A DNA stretch of 64,000 nt from Podarcis liolepis (Eukaryota): NCBI GenBank assembly GCA_965112155.1, contig OZ218099.1; one strand, 5' to 3'. Each line of letters opens with the position of its first letter. Position 1 is the first letter of the stretch. Under the pieces are notes generated by a model. It was not told the DNA's origin and did not search any database. It worked only from the letters and a program-made list of their open reading frames with translations. Both the position numbers and the translations under genes were made by a program. Positions 23,501 through 29,813 of the stretch are shown one piece after another.

Positions 23501-24104
23501 GCTCAGCCTGGGCATGGTGAGCCCCGTGGCCATGCCCTTTGATTGGCATGCCCGTGTCCCCACTTCCCAGTGCCAGCCAATCATAGGGGTTGTGCACCCT
23601 GCCGCCTCCCATCCCAACCTGCACCAACCAGGCCAGGCTTTCCCACCAGGGCTGCTTCTGCCCAGCCACATGGCCATGGGGCACAGCTCCCAGGGTCTGC
23701 CCAACTCAGCTCCTCCACAGGCCAAGGAGGCAGCCCAGCCCATGCCCCCGCCAGCTACCACCATGAGAACCAACCAGCCTGTCTCGCCCCAGGAGGCCCA
23801 GGGGGCGCCCCGTGCAGGGCCCCCACAGTACCTAAAGCCCGCAGGGGTGGAGGATTACCCAACACCCCCTTCTCAACACAGCTACACACAGGGGCAGGAC
23901 GCGACCCCCAAGCACTTCCTCCATCCGCCCAGTGAGCACCCCTACCTGACTCCTTCGCCAGAGTCCCCAGAGCAGTGGAGCAGCCCCTCGCCCCACTCCT
24001 TGTCCGACTGGTCTGAATCTACTCCCAGCCCGACTGTCCTGGGGCCCAGCCACACCCAGCTGCCTTCGGTGGAGCCATCCGCTAAGATGCAGGTGTTTGC
24101 ATGA
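2398..24104 (+). CDS. NOTCH3: NOTCH3 (neurogenic locus notch homolog protein 3), 5'-partial multi-exon gene; 26 coding exons in window
   Basis: 26 GT-AG exons with compatible phases summing to 5843 nt (2 nt + 1947 codons including stop). EGF x24, LNR x3, HD, TM, RAM (WFPEGF), ANK, PEST. NOTCH3-diagnostic strings: [73 protein letters not shown]. Confidence 0.97.
3826..3939 (+). CDS. NOTCH3: NOTCH3 exon (114 bp), EGF repeat [19 protein letters not shown]...CTE
   Basis: ttcag acceptor, gtaatt donor, phase 1-1. Confidence 0.95.
5050..5283 (+). CDS. NOTCH3: NOTCH3 exon (234 bp), two EGF repeats
   Basis: ttacag acceptor, gtaggg donor; [14 protein letters not shown]...CLQGTS. Confidence 0.95.
6532..6642 (+). 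CDS. NOTCH3: NOTCH3 exon (111 bp), EGF repeat
   Basis: ctccaag acceptor, gtgatg donor; [16 protein letters not shown]...KPGFT. Confidence 0.93.
6917..7109 (+). CDS. NOTCH3: NOTCH3 exon (193 bp), EGF repeats
   Basis: acttag acceptor, gtgaga donor; [11 protein letters not shown]...CHDNING. Confidence 0.95.
7322..7467 (+). CDS. NOTCH3: NOTCH3 exon (146 bp), EGF repeats
   Basis: ctacag acceptor, gtatgc donor; [11 protein letters not shown]...CKEGFQ. Confidence 0.95.
7836..7949 (+). CDS. NOTCH3: NOTCH3 exon (114 bp), extra EGF repeat equivalent to NOTCH1/2 EGF21; not in the ORF track
   Basis: ttcttctgcag acceptor, gtgagc donor, phase 1-1; [38 protein letters not shown]. Confidence 0.93.
8257..8505. 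mobile_element. Tc1/mariner-type MITE
   Basis: TA|CAGTCGTACCT...AGGTACGACTG|TA terminal inverted repeats with TA target duplication. Confidence 0.9.
9180..9299 (+). CDS. NOTCH3: NOTCH3 exon (120 bp), EGF repeat
   Basis: cccacag acceptor, gtactc donor; [16 protein letters not shown]...APGWQ. Confidence 0.95.
9845..9997 (+). CDS. NOTCH3: NOTCH3 exon (153 bp), EGF repeat
   Basis: ccatag acceptor, gtgagt donor; [16 protein letters not shown]...IDDCKP. Confidence 0.95.
10683..10817 (-). mobile_element. SINE with tRNA-Lys(CTT)-derived head and CR1-type 3' tail
   Basis: Minus strand TAGCTCAGTCGGTAGAGCATGAGGCTCTTAATCTCAGGGTTCTGGGTTCAAGCCCCACGTTGGGC followed by ggttggactagatgaccct...cccttccaactctacaattcta; lacks the 5' acceptor-stem strand. 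Confidence 0.8.
11122..11350 (+). CDS. NOTCH3: NOTCH3 exon (229 bp), EGF repeats
   Basis: caacag acceptor, gtgagc donor; [12 protein letters not shown]...NVQECTD. Confidence 0.95.
11441..11791 (-). mobile_element. Sauria SINE, near full length
   Basis: aaaggtaaagggacccctgaccattaggtccagtc tail; gtacctatttatctacttgcac core; ggattcgaacc B-box. Confidence 0.9.
12448..12649 (+). CDS. NOTCH3: NOTCH3 exon (202 bp), EGF repeats
   Basis: cggcag acceptor, gtaatc donor; [11 protein letters not shown]...GSQCQ. Confidence 0.95.
12901..13054 (+). CDS. NOTCH3: NOTCH3 exon (154 bp), EGF repeat
   Basis: ctctag acceptor, gtaagg donor; [11 protein letters not shown]...EVVARNR. Confidence 0.95.
13847..14031 (+). 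CDS. NOTCH3: NOTCH3 exon (185 bp), EGF repeats
   Basis: caatag acceptor, gtgagg donor; [12 protein letters not shown]...DYVCE. Confidence 0.95.
15182..15314 (+). CDS. NOTCH3: NOTCH3 exon (133 bp), EGF repeat
   Basis: ctccag acceptor, gtaagt donor; [10 protein letters not shown]...CPPGTL. Confidence 0.95.
15666..15917 (+). CDS. NOTCH3: NOTCH3 exon (252 bp), two EGF repeats
   Basis: ctctag acceptor, gtgagt donor; [11 protein letters not shown]...CKPGYT. Confidence 0.95.
16306..16418 (+). CDS. NOTCH3: NOTCH3 exon (113 bp), EGF repeat
   Basis: cctcag acceptor, gtgagt donor; [11 protein letters not shown]...CHCPR. Confidence 0.95.
17050..17576 (+). CDS. NOTCH3: NOTCH3 exon (527 bp), last two EGF repeats plus LNR-A and LNR-B
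   Basis: ttccag acceptor, gtgagt donor; [21 protein letters not shown]. Confidence 0.96.
18002..18349 (+). CDS. NOTCH3: NOTCH3 exon (348 bp), LNR-C, HD-N and S1 furin site (RQRR)
   Basis: ccacag acceptor, gtgagt donor; [14 protein letters not shown]...CGWDGLDC...[12 protein letters not shown]. Confidence 0.96.
19192..19340 (+). CDS. NOTCH3: NOTCH3 exon (149 bp), HD-C
   Basis: ctccag acceptor, gtgagg donor; [12 protein letters not shown]...FPYPLKAVR. Confidence 0.95.
19448..19661 (+). CDS. NOTCH3: NOTCH3 exon (214 bp), transmembrane helix and RAM
   Basis: ctacag acceptor, gtaaga donor; [38 protein letters not shown]. Confidence 0.96.
19908..19989 (+). CDS. NOTCH3: NOTCH3 exon (82 bp), RAM linker/NLS
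   Basis: ctgcag acceptor, gtattc donor; NIGKGESL...CPEAKRLK. Confidence 0.94.
20231..20393 (+). CDS. NOTCH3: NOTCH3 exon (163 bp)
   Basis: tgccag acceptor, gtaatt donor; VEEP...[12 protein letters not shown]...DVNVRGP. Confidence 0.95.
20608..20915 (+). CDS. NOTCH3: NOTCH3 exon (308 bp), ankyrin repeats
   Basis: ttacag acceptor, gtgggt donor; [10 protein letters not shown]...ADAQGVFQ. Confidence 0.96.
21250..21397 (+). CDS. NOTCH3: NOTCH3 exon (148 bp), ankyrin repeats
   Basis: tgctag acceptor, gtacgt donor; [13 protein letters not shown]...NAVDEM. Confidence 0.95.
22505..22602 (+). CDS. NOTCH3: NOTCH3 exon (98 bp), ankyrin repeat
   Basis: tctcag acceptor, gtaagt donor; [13 protein letters not shown]...KDMQDSK. 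Confidence 0.95.
22866..24104 (+). CDS. NOTCH3: NOTCH3 terminal coding exon: last ankyrin repeats, NLS, TAD-like region, PEST
   Basis: cggcag acceptor; [13 protein letters not shown]...[27 protein letters not shown]...KMQVFA*. Confidence 0.97.
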   Translation, partial: EETPLFLAAREGSYEAAKILLDHFANREITDHMDRLPRDVAQERLHHDIVRLLDDYNTVRSPQGALPAGHSLSPLMCPPNSFLPSLKPTPQGKKSRRPSTKNATAGSSASLARESKEAKARAKKLNLECQGSLLESSVTLSPVDSLDSPYVPNPASPGVFHPANSSLSVPSTPMVHGMMEAPFAVSLARLSDLGDGTLLSMNRLSVPPGRMGLSLGMVSPVAMPFDWHARVPTSQCQPIIGVVHPAASHPNLHQPGQAFPPGLLLPSHMAMGHSSQGLPNSAPPQAKEAAQPMPPPATTMRTNQPVSPQEAQGAPRAGPPQYLKPAGVEDYPTPPSQHSYTQGQDATPKHFLHPPSEHPYLTPSPESPEQWSSPSPHSLSDWSESTPSPTVLGPSHTQLPSVEPSAKMQVFA

Positions 24105-25580
24105 GGAGGTGGGTGGTGGAGCAGATCCCAGAGGCCTGTGTCCCTCTGTGGCCCCCATTGGGGCCTGCACTTGCCTCAGGGGCTCCTGTCGTCGTTTCCC
24201 CTGACTGTGTTTTTATAAGAGAAAAACTCAAGTGTAAAAAGGTTTTTTTAAAAAATAAAATAAAATAAAATATGCCTGGTCTTGGAGGGGGAAGGCATGG
24301 CCTCCCCGTTCCCTCACTGCCACAGAGCCCAGGCTGGCCCTCTCCTTTCCCCTCCCTTGTAACCATGGCAACGAGGTTTCAGGGGAGGATTTTTTTTTTT
24401 TAAAAAAAGAAATAAACTCTCTTTTTTTTGTATAAACACTGCATTTACTCCAAACGCTTTATTTTTTACAATGTATGCAATGTCAGAACCCCTGTCTTGC
24501 CACTCTTCTTCCTATGGGTCTTGAGCTGTGAGGAATGGAGAGGAAACTGTGCCCCTTGCTCCCCCCCTCTGCATGGCACTGCCTCTCGGGTCGAGCACCC
24601 ACCTCCCCTCCCACCATGTTGGGGCGGGATTCTGCTCACTGTATTTGTGTACTGGGTACGCAGCATTAGCCCAGACTGGCATTGCTATGCAGAGGGTCGA
24701 GCCCCAAACCTGCCCGCTGTCCTGCAGGAAACTAAGCCCCATAGCCCCCCCCCCCAAAAAAACTTGGCACTTCTTCACATTCCAGGTTAATTTATTCATC
24801 TTAAATTCTACAGCATTCCCACCCTGTTCCCCACAAAATCCCCCTTGACTTTCCAAATTGCTTCAGCTAACGCTAGCCATGGTCATGGGGATTTTTTCAG
24901 TCTCCAGAGTATTCTGAGCCACTCTTGTTTTCCCCTTTTTATTATTATATTTTATTATTATTATTCCCGGCCTTTACTAACATTCCTCCCATCTGGTCCA
25001 AGGCCGCCTTCGGCCTACATCGGCAAGTTACATTTTCCCTGTACGACGAGTTCCTTGCCCCTGTGGTACTGCGTGGGAATCTTGGGGGCAGCCCCAGACA
25101 CTAAAAAGAGTTTCACTCTGTCGTGAAAGGTACTGAGATAGAACACAAAATGCTTCTTCTGTTTCTCCTCAGAAACATCTGGCCCCAGCAGCCAACTACC
25201 TACACTTTCCTCACTCCCTGACCCCCCCTCCCCTTCGCACTCTGTACATTCCAGCTATCCCTGGCTGTAAATACTGCTGGTGGGAGCAGGGGCCCAGGCA
25301 GGACCTTGGTCCGGTGGGGACCGCTGCTTCCTTCCCACCCCACCCCCTTCCCTTCCCATGCTCTGTAGCAATAGTGGGGGAATGGCCCTGTGCAAGTCAG
25401 ACCTCTCTTGTCATAGAAGGACCATTTCTAGCTCATTTAAATAAATAAACAAAAAAACTTTTTTAAAAAAACAAATTAAAAAAAATCCAGTGTAAACCAA
25501 GTAGCTTTAAAGCAGCTGGGTGCTTTGTGTACAGAGCGGCTTGAGCCGCGGCATAATAAACATAGCTAATAAGGAAATCG
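24105..25580 (+). other. NOTCH3: NOTCH3 3'UTR (distal end approximate)
   Basis: Repeat-free sequence after the stop, ending at AATAAA 25555-25560 with a GT/T-rich element ~30 nt downstream; transposon cluster begins at 25666. Confidence 0.7.
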
Positions 25581-25612
25581 CCTCTGCTTCCTCTGTGTGT
25601 TTTTTGTTTCGT
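25555..25612 (+). terminator. Distal polyadenylation signal AATAAA plus GU-rich downstream element
   Basis: AATAAA at 25555-25560, then ctctgtgtgttttttgtttc; further AATAAA at 25440-25449. Confidence 0.65.
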
Positions 25613-25665
25613 AGTTGCAAGTTCCGGCTGTGTAGCAAGCCACTACATATTTACATATATCTTTA

Positions 25666-25836
25666 CAGTGGTACCTCGGGTTAAGAACTTAATTCGTTCC
25701 GGAGGTCCGTTCTTAACCTGAAACTGTTCTTAACCTGAAGCACCACTTTAGCTAATGGGGCCACCACGCCACCGGAGCACGATTTCTGTTCTCATCCTGA
25801 AGCAACTTGAAGCGTTTGTAACCCGAGGTACTGCTG
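25666..25836. mobile_element. Tc1/mariner-type MITE, internally deleted relative of the 28442 copy
   Basis: TA|CAGTGGTACCTCGGGTTA...TAACCCGAGGTACTGCTG|TA. Confidence 0.9.
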
Positions 25837-25904
25837 TAGTCTACTACAAATAGATTCAATAGGTTTTGTCTTGTTTTCCTTCCATTCTGGGTCACTATGG
25901 AATA

Positions 25905-26153
25905 CAGCCGTACCTTGGTTCTCGAACGCCTTGTGACTCAAACATTTTGGCTCCCGAACGCCACAAACCCGGAAGTGGGTGTTCCAGTTTGCGAACGTTA
26001 TTTGGAACCCGAACGTCCCGCTGCTTCTGCAGCTTCCGATTGAGTGCAGGAAGCTCCTGCAGCCAATTGGAAGCCGCGCCTTGCTTTTGGAACGTTTTCA
26101 GAAGTCAAACGGACTTCTGGAATGGATTCTGTTTGAGAACCAAGGTACGACTC
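25905..26153. mobile_element. Tc1/mariner-type MITE, same family as 8257-8505 in opposite orientation
   Basis: TA|CAGCCGTACCTTGGTTCTC...GAGAACCAAGGTACGACTC|TA; interior is the reverse complement of the 8257 copy. Confidence 0.9.
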
Positions 26154-26368
26154 TACTATCAAAGGTTCTTCCACTACCACCCTTTCAAATGCCTGCTCTC
26201 TGTGACTTCTCCAGCGTTGTAGCATTTGAAAGAAGGTTGCTGGCTTTCAAGAGCGTTGCTGTGACCGATGTGCTTAGAAGCACAGGTCCATAGGCTTTCC
26301 ATTATTGGATTTTGAACTTCCTACCATAAGGGGATCCTTTTGACATTCATTATTCTGCCACGGAAATA

Positions 26369-26624
26369 CAGTGGTGCCTCGCAAGACGAAAATAATCCGT
26401 TCTGCGAGTCTCTTCGTCTAGCGGTTTTTTCGTCTTGCGAAGCAACCCTATTAGCGGATTAGCGCTATTAGCGGTTTAGCGGATTAGCGGCTATTAGTGG
26501 CTTAGCGGCTAAAAGGCTATTAGCAGTTTAGCGGCTTAGAAAAAGGAAAATTCGTCTAGCGAAGCAACGCAAAAACGGAAAACTCTTTCGTCTAGCGGGT
26601 TTTTCGTCTTGCGGGGCACCACTG
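26369..26624. mobile_element. Tc1/mariner-type MITE with internal TTAGCGG-like tandem array
   Basis: TA|CAGTGGTGCCTCGCAAGACGAAAA...TTTTCGTCTTGCGGGGCACCACTG|TA. Confidence 0.9.
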
Positions 26625-27645
26625 TATGGAACTGTTTTAGGGCTCACCCTTGATTCGATATGGGGCACTGGCCATGTCTTTTGGGCTTCACTGTTGCTGC
26701 ACATGAACTGAGGACACGCACAATGCTTCCTGGCAGCTGCACATTGTAGGAGCAGTGGCTAAGCTGTCTTTCAGCAAATCATCTAATGGAAGAACCCCTG
26801 ATAAACCCCACGGTTTTAGAAAACAAAAACACCTTTTACAAGCAGAAATGCCTTTAAAAAGGTTACGTCGCCATCACAACAGAGAAAAATAAATACATAC
26901 TTTCCTCGCAAACTTCCATTTCTTTAGCAGGGTCTTAATGCTTTTTCTTGCCTCGGATTTCACCTGAGGTTTTTGTTTGCTGAGTCATCAAAGCAATATG
27001 ACGTCACAGCATTCCAAACATGATTTGCAAATGAACAATCAATGGTGTTCTGTTTGGTTTCCCCAGAGTGGGGGCGGGAAATCTATTGCTTCCTAAACTG
27101 AAGCTGGCTTGCGCTTGCAAGTTGCCAGGATTAATCTTAATCTACGTGCATGTAATGCTTTCTCATCTGTGGCAGCACAATGCAGAGACAGGAACTGATA
27201 CAACCTTGGAAGTTTCACTGCTAAAAATATCTGTGTTGAAAAGAAGTTGGGATACATTACTTTGGTTTCCCACATACGAAGCAGTCTATGGACAGAAACA
27301 TTGCCTTAACCAGAGAATCTAACCTTGTGGTGTGTTTGGGTATGGTGGTTGATGGGACGTCCCAGTTTTTCCCATGCAAGCATATTGAAGACTTCTGAAG
27401 AAGGAGCACAGAGTGAAATACCCAACAGAAGCAGCAAGCAACAGATAGTGGACACAGGAATCAACAACCATATATGAAACCTTGTCTTTTCTTGGGGGTA
27501 AATCATGAGCTGTTTCATAGACACTGAAAAAGCTGCCCCTTGAATAGCTAATACAGTAAGAAGATTTAAGAACTCACCTTCCTGAGATCATATTTTAATA
27601 CAGTACTTCATCCAATAAAGGATGTGACTGACTAACGATAGAACT

Positions 27646-27728
27646 CTGCTGCCCAGAGTGGCTGGGGAAACCCAGCCAGATGGATGGGGAAGAAATAATA
27701 AATTATTATTGTTAAAATTACTATTATA
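27646..27728 (+). mobile_element. LINE 3'-tail remnant (L2/CR1 group) ending in an ATT-rich tail
   Basis: cccagagtggctggggaaacccagccagatggatgggg...aataataaattattatt; related tail at ~39772-39802. Confidence 0.5.
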
Positions 27729-28441
27729 TCTCCCAGGAATGTCCAGGAAACTGCCTTGAGAAGGCATGGTTCATTTTTACTTTAGGTTGGCAAGTATTAT
27801 CAAGCTCCACAAGGCCTGCAATATTCTACCTCCCCATTAGGCCCCCTAATAGTTCTGTTCAGTTATTCCCTGTGTAGTCTGTCCCTCCTCTTTTTTAACA
27901 TTTTCAGTCTTATTGCTATAGCAGTTGCTCACCACTGTGTGGCAGCAGAGATGGTAAGGGACTGCGTTTTCTATTACGAGTTTATTGCACACATAAATAA
28001 AATACAAATAGTAGTATCCTTTAATAATTTAGAGTTTCCTGGCACCTTAAGAACAAAAAAAATTATTGGGCTTCAGATTTTTGTGAGTGTGAACCCATTT
28101 TATCAGACCTGTGAAGAAGAAGGTTCAGCCTCCCCACCCCCCTCCACCAACCTGGTGCCCTTGAGACATTTTGGGCTACAGCTTCCATAAAATGCTGTTC
28201 TGTTTGGTTATTAAGAAAGAAAGCCACTTATGTGACCACTTCACTTACCTGCTCAAATGGCTCTTGCCCACAGACATTTATGCCACAATAAATTTGTTAG
28301 GTCTTTAAAGTATCCCAAGGTTCTGGTCTTGTTTTGCTGCGGCAGCCTAATATGGCCTCTGAAAACCAAAGTTTTGCAGCCCCGAATCAGTGAAAATGTC
28401 AGAGATCCTGCATATGGGAAAGTGCCTATAGGAACCAAGTA

Positions 28442-28699
28442 CAGTGGTACCTCAGGTTAAGTACTTAATTCGTTCCGGAGGTCCGTTCTTAACCTGAAAC
28501 TGTTCTTAACCTGAAGCACCACTTTAGCTAATGGGGCCTCCCGCTGCCGCCGCGCCGCCAGAGCACAATTTCTGTTCTCATCCTGAAGCAAAGTTCTTAA
28601 CCCGAGGTACTATTTCTGGGTTAGCGGAGTCTGTAACCTGAAGCATATGTAACCTGAAGCATATGTAACCTGAAGCGTATGTAACTCGAAGTACCACTG
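28442..28699. mobile_element. Tc1/mariner-type MITE with internal (GTAACCTGAAGCATAT)x3
   Basis: TA|CAGTGGTACCTC...GAAGTACCACTG|TA; first ~95 bp nearly identical to the 25666 copy. Confidence 0.9.
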
Positions 28700-29618
28700 T
28701 ACTGGTATTACAAATTGCAGCTGGGATGCTACCCCTGAAAAATGAAGGTGTTAAGTGTGATGAGCCTGATTTAAATCACTTCACAGGGTGGGCCTGCACA
28801 CAGAATAATTTTCACTGGGCCACCATAACGTAAGCTATATAGTTTGTGGTGACACAGTGAGAGTCACTCCGTCCACGTTAGAAGCTACTATCAGGCGTTG
28901 ATGACATATGCTTTCTGAGGGCCATGCTTCAGCTAGAGGCCCACTGCCACCCCTTAAACCCCCTGGCCCTGATCTTCCTCTTCCTTGTTCTGCCACTGCC
29001 TGTTCACCTGCCCGCTTGGAGTGAGCAAAAAGGGACTAGTCTGCTTACTGGTGCACCTCCTGATATATGTGCAGGCTGCACCCAGATAAATAGGGAAAGC
29101 AAAACGGGTGGCAGTGACAGTCGTAAAGGGGTGGTGGATCCACTAAGACCATCTTGCTCAAGGCCCTCTCAAAAACTGACTGCTATGAATGAGCAGCTCC
29201 CCAGAGGAAAGTGTTGCCTTTAATACAATCCTTAGTTTCCGTCTTTTGCTACAGGCAAGGTGGTCTTTTAGATGCAGCCATTAGTATTGCTTTAGGCTGG
29301 CCATGTTCTTGCTGATTTCGGCAGCTGTGATGGAGGTTTCCAGGCAAGGAACAAACCTAGACACTGGGAACTGTGATAGTTTTCTAGACCAATAGCTTTT
29401 GGGGGTGAGGGAGATAAGTGGAGAGACGGGGGGGGGGCACTGAACTATTCTATCTTTAGCTAATAACTAGGATCTTCCTTCCATTCTTTTTTTTTAAAAA
29501 GCACAGTACAAGAAAACAAGGGGAAACATGCAAGTCTAGGGTACACGAGTGCATCAAAATTTAAAGTCTTGGGTCAATCTAATCCTATGCCCGTTTGCTT
29601 AGGAGTAAGCCTTATTTA

Positions 29619-29813
29619 TGATGTTGGGAAAGATGGAGGGCACAAGGAGAAGGGGACGACAGAGAATGAGATGGTTGGATGGTGTTCTTGAAGCTACTAG
29701 CATGAGTTTGATCAAACTGCGGGAGGCAGTGGAGGACAGGAGTGCCTGGCGTGCTCTGGTCCATGGGGTCACGAAGAGTCGGACACGACTAAACGACTAA
29801 ACGACGACGACGA
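29619..29813 (+). mobile_element. BovB/RTE LINE 3' end, 5'-truncated
   Basis: Encodes MLGKMEGTRRRGRQRMRWLDGV; ends tggcgtgctctggtccatggggtcacgaagagtcggacacgactaaacgac with short-repeat tail. Confidence 0.9.

Noticed and set aside
2398-24104. Assignment to NOTCH1 or NOTCH2 because of the EGF21-like exon
   Set aside because: HD, TM, RAM and ankyrin sequences carry NOTCH3-specific strings
25072-25079. RBPJ/CSL site CGTGGGAA and other scattered GTGGGAA motifs as Notch autoregulatory elements
   Set aside because: Isolated short motifs at about chance frequency; no paired head-to-head site seen
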